From: a virus
Taxonomy: Duplodnaviria > Caudoviricetes
IMG/VR virus record: IMGVR_UViG_3300049440_000066
Location: 1 to 55,303 of that record
Direction: 5' to 3' (one strand)
DNA length: 55,303 nucleotides
How positions within the stretch are numbered: the first letter of the stretch is position 1; each line of letters begins with the position of its first letter. The position numbers and the translations under genes are program-made. The notes under the pieces are model-generated. The model was not told the origin of the DNA. It saw only the letters and a list, made by a program, of their open reading frames with translations, and ran no database searches. Of this stretch, positions 1-8,534 are shown piece by piece.

Positions 1-127
1 CACCTTGGAACGATTGTTGAGGTACGCGACGGGCCGGGAGACTTCGTTCTGATGAGCCGGGAGAACTGGCATCTCCTTCGAGGCTATCTCGATCTTGTGA
101 GTTACACACATATCGACTCTCTCTTGT
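1..127. repeat. Terminal direct repeat, copy 1 (circular contig overlap)
   Basis: 1-127 is identical to 55177-55303, and an ORF reads in frame across the junction. Confidence 0.97.
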
Positions 128-318
128 GGTGGACCGCCGAGAAATTCGGAATCAAGAAGGCCATGCTCGAAGAGTATGTCGTTCACGAAGACCATGACCG
201 CTCCGATCATAAGAGCAGGTGGGGCATTCACTCAAGCGACATCCACAGATTCATCGGACAGAGGAATGACGAATCCTGGGGCCTGCACGAAGTCACACTC
301 TCGGAGACGATGACATGA
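1..318 (+). CDS. 3' part of the origin-spanning GT-A (GT2-like) glycosyltransferase that starts at 54778
   Basis: In frame with 54778 through the repeat; GDFVLMSRENW and HxxH motifs; ATGA overlap with the next gene. Confidence 0.8.
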   Translation, partial: HLGTIVEVRDGPGDFVLMSRENWHLLRGYLDLVSYTHIDSLLWWTAEKFGIKKAMLEEYVVHEDHDRSDHKSRWGIHSSDIHRFIGQRNDESWGLHEVTLSETMT

Positions 319-1307
319 AGGTCGGACTTTTGTATCCGACAGTCGGAGCACTGTGCGAGAAGATGGCTTCGATATTTCCGGGCCTCACGGTTATCGGTCC
401 TCCCTGCGACGATCTCAATAAATGGCCGAAGGAAATACTTCCACTGGCAAAAGCCATCGACCGGCAAGCGGAATGGAAGGAACTCGGCCTCGACATCACT
501 TTCGAGGAAAAGCCCTACAGCGAGTGCGACTTCTCGAAATTCGATCTGCTCATCGAATCGGTGGAAACCTTCAACTATGCCGCCGACTGGAAGAATCATT
601 GCCACCGCCACGAATGCCCGACCATCGTGTTTGTCTGCTGGTACGACAATCCAAGCTACCTGCCGGCGAACTATCGGGAAAAGATCAGCAAAGTACCTAT
701 CCTGCTCGGAATGCCCTCGGCACTTCCGGCATGGCAACTCGAATATCCACAGGCTAAGGTTGTTCCTGTTCCAGTCGGCGACTGGTGGTTTCAAAACGAA
801 TGGACCGGGAAACGCGAAGAAGCCCTGTTCGTCCTCGCCGGCAAAGACCTCTGGCGTCCCGAAAAGTCAGTGTGCGGCGTGGATATTTTCGAGCGACTAT
901 CGGAACGCTTTCCGGGTAAGATGCACCACCACGACGGAGCAACAGATTTCAAGACCGGAAAGCAGATGGCCCAAATGTTCAGCGAGTACCGGGTATTCGT
1001 GAATCTCGACAATCAAGGCGCAAGGCCGCTTTGCACTTCGTTTACCGAGGCGCTTGCTGCCGGTATGCCAGTCGTCGCTCGGGACTTGCCGGGACTGAAC
1101 TACAAGAACTACATCGACGAGAATGGAGTTTGCACCGACGAGTTCGAGAAAATGTGCGACTTCCTTTGCATGTGTTTTTCGGGAGTCGGTTATACGAAGT
1201 ATGCGAGCAATCGAAGCAGGGAAATTGCCATGCAAAACTTTTCAATCAGTGCTGCTCGGCCACACTACGAATCGGCTGCCATCGAAGCGGGGATGAAGTT
1301 CAAATGA
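315..1307 (+). CDS. GT-B fold (GT4-like) glycosyltransferase
   Basis: C-terminal VFVNL...FTEALAAGMPVV signature. Confidence 0.8.
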   Translation: MKVGLLYPTVGALCEKMASIFPGLTVIGPPCDDLNKWPKEILPLAKAIDRQAEWKELGLDITFEEKPYSECDFSKFDLLIESVETFNYAADWKNHCHRHECPTIVFVCWYDNPSYLPANYREKISKVPILLGMPSALPAWQLEYPQAKVVPVPVGDWWFQNEWTGKREEALFVLAGKDLWRPEKSVCGVDIFERLSERFPGKMHHHDGATDFKTGKQMAQMFSEYRVFVNLDNQGARPLCTSFTEALAAGMPVVARDLPGLNYKNYIDENGVCTDEFEKMCDFLCMCFSGVGYTKYASNRSREIAMQNFSISAARPHYESAAIEAGMKFK

Positions 1308-2194
1308 TCTCTCTACTCTTGCCTTCCCGTAAACGTCCTGAAATCCTTGAACGAATGGTTAAATCCGTTCGCGATACCGCCACAAATCATGTGGAAATAG
1401 TTGTCCGCTTCGACGATGACGACTTGGAGAGTGCTGACGAAGCCCCCGGAGATGTGTCAACCAGCGACCATGTGGATGAAAGCGAATTGGATGTTCCCCC
1501 GGAATATGGCGTTGTCGCCATCGTAGGACCGCGCTATCGGAAAATGACGATCTACTGGAACGAATGCTTTGATGTCTGTGGCGGCGATATTGTCTGCCAA
1601 GCGAACGACGACATGCTATTCACGACTCCCGGCTGGGATGTGATGGTCGAGAAAGCCTTCGCCGAGGTTCCCGACAAGATGCTGCTCGTTCACGGTGACG
1701 ACGTTTTCGGGCATCGAGGTAACTTCGGTCCTCACGCCTTCGTGCATCGCAAATGGATCGAGACTCTCGGATATTTCATTCCGCCATACTTCTGCTCGGA
1801 CTTCGGAGACGCTTGGATCAATGAACTGGCCGACCGAATCGGTAGACGCAGATACGTTCCTTTCAATGTCGAGCATCGGCACTTCTCCCACGGATTCCCG
1901 GAAATGGAAGATGAAAACACCAAAGACCGACTCGCCCGACACGCCGAGGATGATCCCGACGCCATCTACTATAGCCAAGAGAAAATGGCCGAACGCGCAA
2001 GGGACGCGCAGAAGTTAGCAGCCCTCATGGATGCGGCAGTCGATACGCACGGCTGGACGCCTCCGAAGGAACGCTCGGGAATCCTGAGCATGGGCAAATG
2101 TCCGAAGTGCGGGAGTGTATCGACGGTGCCCGGAGCGAATGGAAAGATTCATTGCAACCAGGATGGACATGAGTGGGACCGAGTGAAGAAATGA
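1304..2194 (+). CDS. GT2-like glycosyltransferase with C-terminal Zn ribbon
   Basis: MISLLLPSRKR start (ATG 1304 overlaps the previous stop), EIVVRFDDDD, NDD motif, VEHRH; C-terminal CPKC...CNQD. Confidence 0.85.
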   Translation: MISLLLPSRKRPEILERMVKSVRDTATNHVEIVVRFDDDDLESADEAPGDVSTSDHVDESELDVPPEYGVVAIVGPRYRKMTIYWNECFDVCGGDIVCQANDDMLFTTPGWDVMVEKAFAEVPDKMLLVHGDDVFGHRGNFGPHAFVHRKWIETLGYFIPPYFCSDFGDAWINELADRIGRRRYVPFNVEHRHFSHGFPEMEDENTKDRLARHAEDDPDAIYYSQEKMAERARDAQKLAALMDAAVDTHGWTPPKERSGILSMGKCPKCGSVSTVPGANGKIHCNQDGHEWDRVKK

Positions 2195-2895
2195 AATGGG
2201 ACATCCTCTGCCTGACGATGCCAAGTCGGACTGAGTTTCTTGCCCGCTTACGGCAGAATATCGAACCGCAACTTAGAACTGGTGTTCGCTTCGTCGTAAA
2301 AGTTCACGATCCCGAACTGTCTCTAGGTTCCAATCGGCAAAGAATGCGAGAGGAATCGGACGCTCACTATGTATCGTTTGTGGACGACGATGACCTCGTA
2401 GCTGGCGATTATGTGTCACAAATTCTTCCTCGCCTTACGAGGGACTACGTTGGATTTTCGCTCCAAGCCTACGAAGATGGAGTTCCCCTTCCAGGCCCAA
2501 CTTACCATTCCCTGATGTGTGGAGGATGGTTTGATAAAACTTTTGCCGATGGAACGAAGGCTTGGTTTAGGGATATTTCGCATCTAAACCCAATCAAACG
2601 CAAACTTGCTCTGGCCGTTCCAATGTACGGCGGCTTTGCCGAAGATAGCCGATGGGCTGGCGAACTTCGGGCGCTGGGCATCGTAAAGACAGAGAATTTT
2701 ATAAATGAAGTCATGTATCACTATTATTCGAGACCAGGAAAGAAAGACGGTGTAAGTCCTGGGCCAGTAACGGCGGGAACCTGTCCGCATTGCCAATCAT
2801 TTTCTACGGTAATGATCGGGAAGGCCAAGATATTCTGCAATCGCTGCTCGTACGAAGGACCGTTAAGCGGACCATTGCCCCTTGCTGGTCAATGA
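2191..2895 (+). CDS. GT2-like glycosyltransferase with C-terminal Zn ribbon
   Basis: ILCLTMPSR, LGSNRQ, YVSFVDDDD, FAEDSRW, YHYY; C-terminal CPHC...CNRC. Confidence 0.85.
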   Translation: MKWDILCLTMPSRTEFLARLRQNIEPQLRTGVRFVVKVHDPELSLGSNRQRMREESDAHYVSFVDDDDLVAGDYVSQILPRLTRDYVGFSLQAYEDGVPLPGPTYHSLMCGGWFDKTFADGTKAWFRDISHLNPIKRKLALAVPMYGGFAEDSRWAGELRALGIVKTENFINEVMYHYYSRPGKKDGVSPGPVTAGTCPHCQSFSTVMIGKAKIFCNRCSYEGPLSGPLPLAGQ

Positions 2896-3426
2896 ATAGC
2901 CCGCTGCGAGATGGTTAAATCTAACGTGCGGCATGACTCCGGTTTTCAATCCCTTTCGGTTAATCTCATCGCAGATGGTGCCATCGACCTGATCGGCTCG
3001 GCATTCTCGGAACTCGGTCAGGATTCCCTTGCGAACGAAAGCTATCCCTCCGACCGCGTGCATTTCGATCACGTCCGCAAGTGGAACTTCATGGCCCGCC
3101 GGGAATAGGCCATCGCAAATACTTGTCGCCGAAAGAAGCCCGTACTCGGGATGCGCTTCGAGTGTCGCTACACCCTTCGAGATGAAGTCTTTCCCGAGAA
3201 TCAGGCAGTCCGCGTCGGCAATCACATAGATACTGGACGTGGCATTTTCCTCGGCAGCCTTCTTCGATTCGATATGGAAGTTCGGTCCTTCCCCGAAAAT
3301 TTCTTCGAGTCGGCAATCTTTTTGCAGGAGCCAGCGAGCGAGAACGGCCTGTGTCAATCCCGACCGAATGCCGATCTTATCGCAGCACATTTCGGTGTGG
3401 TGGATTCTTACGAAGGCGTCGATCAA
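2863..3426 (-). CDS. Small GT-A fold glycosyltransferase-like protein
   Basis: IYVIADADC (DxD), GGIAFVRK, VD, FNHL. Confidence 0.6.
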   Translation of the reverse strand: MIDAFVRIHHTEMCCDKIGIRSGLTQAVLARWLLQKDCRLEEIFGEGPNFHIESKKAAEENATSSIYVIADADCLILGKDFISKGVATLEAHPEYGLLSATSICDGLFPAGHEVPLADVIEMHAVGGIAFVRKGILTEFRECRADQVDGTICDEINRKGLKTGVMPHVRFNHLAAGYSLTSKGQWSA

Positions 3427-3671
3427 CTCTCAGCCTCTTCTTTGCCATCAGCCCAGAAGTCGCACACATAACTAGGGTCGATAGAGGCTTCGTCCTTTAG
3501 TCTTACGAGTTCGCAAACTCGATATTTGTCTACATCCCGAGTGTAAAAGTGGAAGCAATTACCGCACTTCTCCTCGCCTTCCGAATCCAAGTAGTTTGAT
3601 TCTTCCTCATTGAGCTTTACAGGGTGATTCTGCATTAAGCGGTCAGTGAGACTATGAAATTCGTTCGCCAT
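3423..3671 (-). CDS. HiPIP-like (high-potential Fe-S protein-like) small protein
   Basis: Y...CGNCFHF...CELV...I...VCDFW four-Cys pattern. Confidence 0.65.
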   Translation of the reverse strand: MANEFHSLTDRLMQNHPVKLNEEESNYLDSEGEEKCGNCFHFYTRDVDKYRVCELVRLKDEASIDPSYVCDFWADGKEEAES

Positions 3672-4078
3672 TACCGAACCTCCACTGGAGGAATTTCAAC
3701 GTCTGACGGTCGTGTACGGGCCTTTGCTTCGAGTGCCGCTAACTCATCCTCATTCAGTTCTGGAACCGGAACAGCGAGAGCACCGAACTTCTGGCCGCAT
3801 CCTCCGCAGAAAGTATCATCGGGTTCCGCAGCCTTGCCGCAGGAGCATTGCTTCCCGGCCATCAATCGAACGCCATCGGCGCGGCAGAAGGTGTCTCCGA
3901 CTCTCGGGACTTTAGCACATTGCGGGCAGACCATCGTGGAAACAGCAGAAGTCGTTTGCGGACGTTGCGCCGATCCGCGAATCATTTCTTGGACAGCCTT
4001 GTGACAACCACACCTACATTGAGAATCGTGGCATTCGGAGTGCTGACCGGACATGCAAAATTCTGCGAAACCGGGCAT
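3671..4078 (-). CDS. Cys-rich double zinc-ribbon protein
   Basis: CPQC..DTFC..DG..L...CSCG..DTFCGGCG, plus an N-terminal C/H cluster. Confidence 0.75.
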   Translation of the reverse strand: MPGFAEFCMSGQHSECHDSQCRCGCHKAVQEMIRGSAQRPQTTSAVSTMVCPQCAKVPRVGDTFCRADGVRLMAGKQCSCGKAAEPDDTFCGGCGQKFGALAVPVPELNEDELAALEAKARTRPSDVEIPPVEVR

Positions 4079-4258
4079 CTATTTCTCCACCGATTCTGGA
4101 TGCCAGCGGGCCATTGCTGCGGGCCGAGCACGCTTTTGATTTGCAGCAGTTTTTTTCGCAGATCGAACCCTTCCCCCTTTAGCGCCACGGCAACTTAAAC
4201 AGGGAAATGGTTTTCTGTGTATTGGGCATATCCCCCGAGTTCCTAATCCTCTAGGCAT
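4079..4258 (-). CDS. Small basic protein (CxxH/CxxC plus KGG...ARW), possible DNA-binding regulator
   Basis: ATG 4258 lies 8 nt after a predicted -10; K/R-rich. Confidence 0.55.
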   Translation of the reverse strand: MPRGLGTRGICPIHRKPFPCLSCRGAKGGRVRSAKKTAANQKRARPAAMARWHPESVEK

Positions 4259-4295
4259 GATGCCTAACAATACTAGTTTTTTGTTGGGCTTGCAA
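4252..4295 (-). promoter_or_regulatory. Sigma70-like promoter (TTGCAA-17-TATTGT) followed by palindrome TAGGCATGATGCCTA
   Basis: -35 at 4295-4290 and -10 at 4272-4267; perfect 7-1-7 palindrome at 4252-4266. Confidence 0.55.
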
Positions 4296-4326
4296 CATAA
4301 TTTGGAAAGATGTAGAGTCCTTCCGA

Positions 4327-4614
4327 ATGCCGAACATTCCCGAGTGCGCCAACCATCTGCAAGGTTCCTGCGAACGGTCGAATACGTTCGTCGAGGGTGA
4401 ACGCCACAACTGTTTTGTCATCAAGTGTCGAACATGCGGCGGAGTGAATATCTGGCCTTTCGACAAGGAAGAAAAACTCGGGAAATACACCAGTTTTCTT
4501 AAGCATCAAGCAGCAAGAGAAGCACAGCAGCGTTCCGAATCTCTCAGACGTTCTTACTCGTTGCCGACGAGCTATGGAGTAGGCAAGTTCACCAGTGGAG
4601 ATAAAACTCAATGA
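4327..4614 (+). CDS. Hypothetical Zn-binding protein
   Basis: CANH..C / CRTC; translationally coupled to the next gene. Confidence 0.65.
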   Translation: MPNIPECANHLQGSCERSNTFVEGERHNCFVIKCRTCGGVNIWPFDKEEKLGKYTSFLKHQAAREAQQRSESLRRSYSLPTSYGVGKFTSGDKTQ

Positions 4615-5141
4615 TGTCACCCGAGGCCCGCGCCGCCGCATCCGAGCGCATGAAGAAAATGCAAGCAGATCGAAAAGCCAAGAAAGCCGATCCTGCCTTA
4701 CAGGAAGCACTAGCCAAAGCTCCATTCATCACAGCAGTAAACACCGATCAGACAATGGCGCTCCCCACCTCGAAGCAGCCTTTTGACCAAGTTCTAGCCA
4801 TCGAATCTCCTGCCATTCGGGTGTCAATCGACTGGCAAAACATCCCCATTGCACAGGGGGAATCCTTCTACGCGATCCTGAAGAATGAGTTCGAGAAGGC
4901 CGGAAAGATACTCAATGGCCGGCACAGCGCCGAGCAGGATGGATATACGTGTTTCATGTGCCACAAGCACTACGCGGGACGCCCCGGCATGACCGACCTC
5001 AGCTACCAAGACCCGAAGACAGGACTTTTCCCTCGCGTTGACCTCTGTGGCGAGTTATGTGTGGTCAATTACCATAAGCTCCGCATTGACATGAGGACCG
5101 CCAAGCATCTCGACGAAGCCAAAGCATTGCAAGAGGCATAA
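4611..5141 (+). CDS. Hypothetical protein upstream of terminase (CxxC...CxxxC)
   Basis: 176 aa ORF with SD GGAG and overlapping start/stop. Confidence 0.7.
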   Translation: MMSPEARAAASERMKKMQADRKAKKADPALQEALAKAPFITAVNTDQTMALPTSKQPFDQVLAIESPAIRVSIDWQNIPIAQGESFYAILKNEFEKAGKILNGRHSAEQDGYTCFMCHKHYAGRPGMTDLSYQDPKTGLFPRVDLCGELCVVNYHKLRIDMRTAKHLDEAKALQEA

Positions 5142-5749
5142 TGGCAAAGCCAATTCTGATATTTTCTAGAAAGAAACCCGGTCCCCCACCCACCCCTCGC
5201 TGTGAGCAGAAAAGGAAATGGAAATCAAATAGAAACGCAAATGGACTTTGCTCTACTTGTCCAAATAGCCTAGATCGAATCGGAGTTATGTGCTCTACCT
5301 GCGCCGACAAAATGAGAGAGCGTGGCATAAAAGAACGTAAGCGATTGAAGAAATTGGGTATCTGTCGCTCTTGTAGGAAACAGCCCGTAAGCAATATTGG
5401 CGACTATATGTGCGAAACGTGCAGGGCGACGCATGTGGCGGGGAATAGGGAGTACGTTGAGAGATTAAAAATACAGATTTATGAAGCCTATGGAAACAAG
5501 TGCGCCTGCTGCGGAGAAACGAATCCAGGGTTCTTTACTTTGGATCATGTTCGTCAAGATGGGGCTGCCCATCGGAGAGAACTATTCGGTAGGAATATCG
5601 CCAGTCCAGTAGTCATGTATAAGTGGATCGTCAAAAACAATTACCCCGATAGAATTAGAATTTACTGCTGGAATTGCAATATGGCGTCCTACCGTCATGG
5701 CGGCATCTGCCCACATGAAATTGAAAGAAATAAGAAAGCTCAAGCATGA
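5141..5749 (+). CDS. HNH-type endonuclease with Cys-rich N-terminus (likely homing endonuclease)
   Basis: YGNKCACCGE...TLDHV..DGAAHR...CWNCN; more AT-rich than its neighbours. Confidence 0.8.
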   Translation: MAKPILIFSRKKPGPPPTPRCEQKRKWKSNRNANGLCSTCPNSLDRIGVMCSTCADKMRERGIKERKRLKKLGICRSCRKQPVSNIGDYMCETCRATHVAGNREYVERLKIQIYEAYGNKCACCGETNPGFFTLDHVRQDGAAHRRELFGRNIASPVVMYKWIVKNNYPDRIRIYCWNCNMASYRHGGICPHEIERNKKAQA

Positions 5750-7539
5750 AAAGCCACGAAACAACGTGGCTTGATAGGTCGAGACAACTTCTTACACGAT
5801 TGCCAATTCGCCATATATCAAGCCAAAGAATGGCCCCGTTTCAGTTCAATCCCAATCAGGAATTGCGCTGGCGAATGATCTGCGACCAGTGGAAGCGCGA
5901 GAAGAAAATTAGGGTGATCGACCTCAAAAGCCGACGTGTCGGAGTTTCGGCGCAAACCGATGCCCTGTTCTGGTGCTTTGCAATGTCTTTCTCCCACATG
6001 AACACGAAGATTGTGGCGCACCTTGCCGGATCAGCCGAAGAGTTGTTTCGCGTGCCTTCCGACCTTGCAAGGGCGTTTCCGGGCTTTCCGCTCGAAGACA
6101 TCCAGCAAAAGAGACTGCTTTTCAAGCATCCCGACGGCGATAGCCAAATGACGATGGCGACCGCCGGAACGCCTTCTGCCGGCCGTGGTGGAACTCTTTC
6201 GGCACTACATCTTTCCGAAGCGGCTTTCTATCCCTCCGACGAATCGTTTACGGCCATGATTTCATCGGTGTCGAAGGGCGAAGGCAGCGCAATCATCATC
6301 GAATCGACGGCGAATGGGCGTGAGGGTCCAGGAGAAGCCTTTGCCGAATATTGGGAGAACGCGGTCGCCGGCAGAAACGGGTATGTCCCTATCTTCCTCG
6401 GATGGTTGAACGACCCGCAATGCCGAAGACCAGCCGAGGAAGCGGAAGACGCTCCGAAAGACGACCTCGAAAAAGAACTGATGCTCCCGCCGTTCAATGC
6501 GACTCGGGAACAGATTGCATGGATGCGCCGAACCAAGGCCGACGACTGCCGCGATCAGGAAGTGAAATGGCTGACCGACTACCCGCATTGCCCGGAAGTG
6601 GCTTTTCAGGTGTCGGGCTTCCCTGCATTCCCTCGGGAAGAATTGGCCTACTGCGAATCGACGATAAAAGACCCTCTTTGCCGTGGAAAGTTTGTTCGCG
6701 CTGGCGCAGCAGTCAAATTCGAGCGCGACGATAATGGACCTGTATTCCTGTGGAAGTATCCCTATAACGAGCGCAAGCAACCGGACGGAATGCACTACTA
6801 CGTCGGCGCTGACGCGGCTCTCGGCACGGAAGAGGGAGACTTCGCCTGCTACGCTTGCATCTGCGGAGAAACCGGGGAAATGGCCTGCCGATTCGCCGAA
6901 CGCATTGCTCCAGAAGTGTTGGCCGACCAGATGGATATGTGCGGTCGCTTTTACAACATGGCGCTTGTGAATATCGAACTTACCGGAAACCTCGGACGTT
7001 GGGCACTTGTCGCGCTTCGGGACAAGTTCCGCTACCCGAAAATTTACCAGTGGAAAGGCCGTGACGACCGGAAACGCGGCAAGAGCCGAAGCATCGCTCT
7101 AGGATTCGAGATGAACCAAGCCACTCGTCGGCTGATTGTCGATGCGGCCAGAAGCGGAATCCGCATGGGACTAAAGGGCGAACCTGGGGCACTTGTAATT
7201 CGGGACCGCGCTTTGATGAGTCAACTTTCACTTATGACCATCAAGGAATGGCGATGGGACGTGGTTCGTGGGCATGATGACATTGCCGTAGCGTGGATGA
7301 TCGCTTGCTTGACGAGAGAACAGTATCCTCCGAATCGAATGAAGTTCGCACCGAAAAACGTCATGGACCCCGAAAGCCCGAAACAGATGCTTGAAGGATT
7401 GCCGATAAAAGAAGAAATGTCCGGTTTCCTACGAAGTGAGATGATGGCAGAGATGCGAAGGGCTGGTTTGCGTAGAGATGAAACTGGTTGGATGAGAGGG
7501 ACTGGAAGACGTAAGATCGACCGTCTCGTTGGCATCTAG
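5746..7539 (+). CDS. terL: Terminase large subunit
   Basis: LKSRRVGVS (Walker A-like), LHLSEAAF (Walker B), IESTANG, nuclease YVGAD...GD and HDD. Confidence 0.93.
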   Translation: MKSHETTWLDRSRQLLTRLPIRHISSQRMAPFQFNPNQELRWRMICDQWKREKKIRVIDLKSRRVGVSAQTDALFWCFAMSFSHMNTKIVAHLAGSAEELFRVPSDLARAFPGFPLEDIQQKRLLFKHPDGDSQMTMATAGTPSAGRGGTLSALHLSEAAFYPSDESFTAMISSVSKGEGSAIIIESTANGREGPGEAFAEYWENAVAGRNGYVPIFLGWLNDPQCRRPAEEAEDAPKDDLEKELMLPPFNATREQIAWMRRTKADDCRDQEVKWLTDYPHCPEVAFQVSGFPAFPREELAYCESTIKDPLCRGKFVRAGAAVKFERDDNGPVFLWKYPYNERKQPDGMHYYVGADAALGTEEGDFACYACICGETGEMACRFAERIAPEVLADQMDMCGRFYNMALVNIELTGNLGRWALVALRDKFRYPKIYQWKGRDDRKRGKSRSIALGFEMNQATRRLIVDAARSGIRMGLKGEPGALVIRDRALMSQLSLMTIKEWRWDVVRGHDDIAVAWMIACLTREQYPPNRMKFAPKNVMDPESPKQMLEGLPIKEEMSGFLRSEMMAEMRRAGLRRDETGWMRGTGRRKIDRLVGI

Positions 7540-7549
7540 GAGGTGTGAT

Positions 7550-7981
7550 ATTCCCGCGTATACGAAAGGCGAAGCCAGCCTAGAAAATTACATGCTCAAG
7601 ATCATCGCTGCTCTCTGCAAGATGAATGGCGGTGAACTTAGAATTAAGGGAGAACTAGTTGACATTATGGACCAACCTGTAATGCTGACGAAGTTCTGGG
7701 ATAGCGCCACGCAAGAATTGGTACTTACGACCCACATGGGAAGTTTCCCAGAAGTATTCATCGCTCGCCCTGAAAAGCAGAACACCAAGGAAGTCATCGC
7801 CGCTGACCCGATTCGTAAGCAAACACAAGAGGAAATACCGCTTACTCTTCCTCTCCGGCCCCGATCTTCTACACTCGACGATGAAAAAGCCATTGCGCTT
7901 GAGAAAAAAGTAGATAAGATGAGGCTGGCAAGAAAGATACGCGATGAGATGGACGCAGCTCATCGACAGGCAGGAGCCTAA
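7550..7981 (+). CDS. Hypothetical protein (start uncertain: ATT 7550 or ATG 7592)
   Basis: SD AGGAGG at 7538-7543; coupled to the downstream gene. Confidence 0.65.
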   Translation: MPAYTKGEASLENYMLKIIAALCKMNGGELRIKGELVDIMDQPVMLTKFWDSATQELVLTTHMGSFPEVFIARPEKQNTKEVIAADPIRKQTQEEIPLTLPLRPRSSTLDDEKAIALEKKVDKMRLARKIRDEMDAAHRQAGA

Positions 7982-8220
7982 TGGAAAATATAACCATCGT
8001 TCTGACGTACCATCCCGATACGCTAGAACTGGACGTTGACGCTCCGACACTTGCTCTCGACGTGGTAATTTCCTTCCTGCAACGCGCCATGCGGCAATGT
8101 GAGAATGCCGAAAAGATTGTGGTAGCGCAGCAAGTCACAGCAGCCGTTCGGGACGTGAACGCCAACGCCGCTTTCAACGAAATGCGGACTAAGAAAGTTC
8201 TTAGCAACATCAAAATGTAA
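7981..8220 (+). CDS. Hypothetical protein
   Basis: SD AGGAG, TAATG overlaps. Confidence 0.7.
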   Translation: MENITIVLTYHPDTLELDVDAPTLALDVVISFLQRAMRQCENAEKIVVAQQVTAAVRDVNANAAFNEMRTKKVLSNIKM

Positions 8221-8534
8221 TGTCCGAAGACACTCCAAACCGAGCACGCGAAGCCTACGATGCAATGTGGGCGCAGTTCGACAAGGACGCCGAAACGAAC
8301 TGGACCGAAGCCTGCCGAAACCTCAGACGCGCCCTTTGCCAGAACGCCGGGGAGCTTGTGCCGCTTTATTTTAATAGCAAGGATCACATGGAAGCCGTTT
8401 TCAAGGTGAAAGAGCAGATGAAGTCTGCCGAGAGGCCGGAAGAAGCGGGCGACCCGGTGGAAACGATGTCGAAATACTTGCGCGGGGAGATTGAATTGTC
8501 GAGAATCCCTCTTGAAGCGCCGAGGAAAAATTGA
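8220..8534 (+). CDS. Hypothetical protein
   Basis: Coupled ORF before the portal gene. Confidence 0.7.
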   Translation: MSEDTPNRAREAYDAMWAQFDKDAETNWTEACRNLRRALCQNAGELVPLYFNSKDHMEAVFKVKEQMKSAERPEEAGDPVETMSKYLRGEIELSRIPLEAPRKN

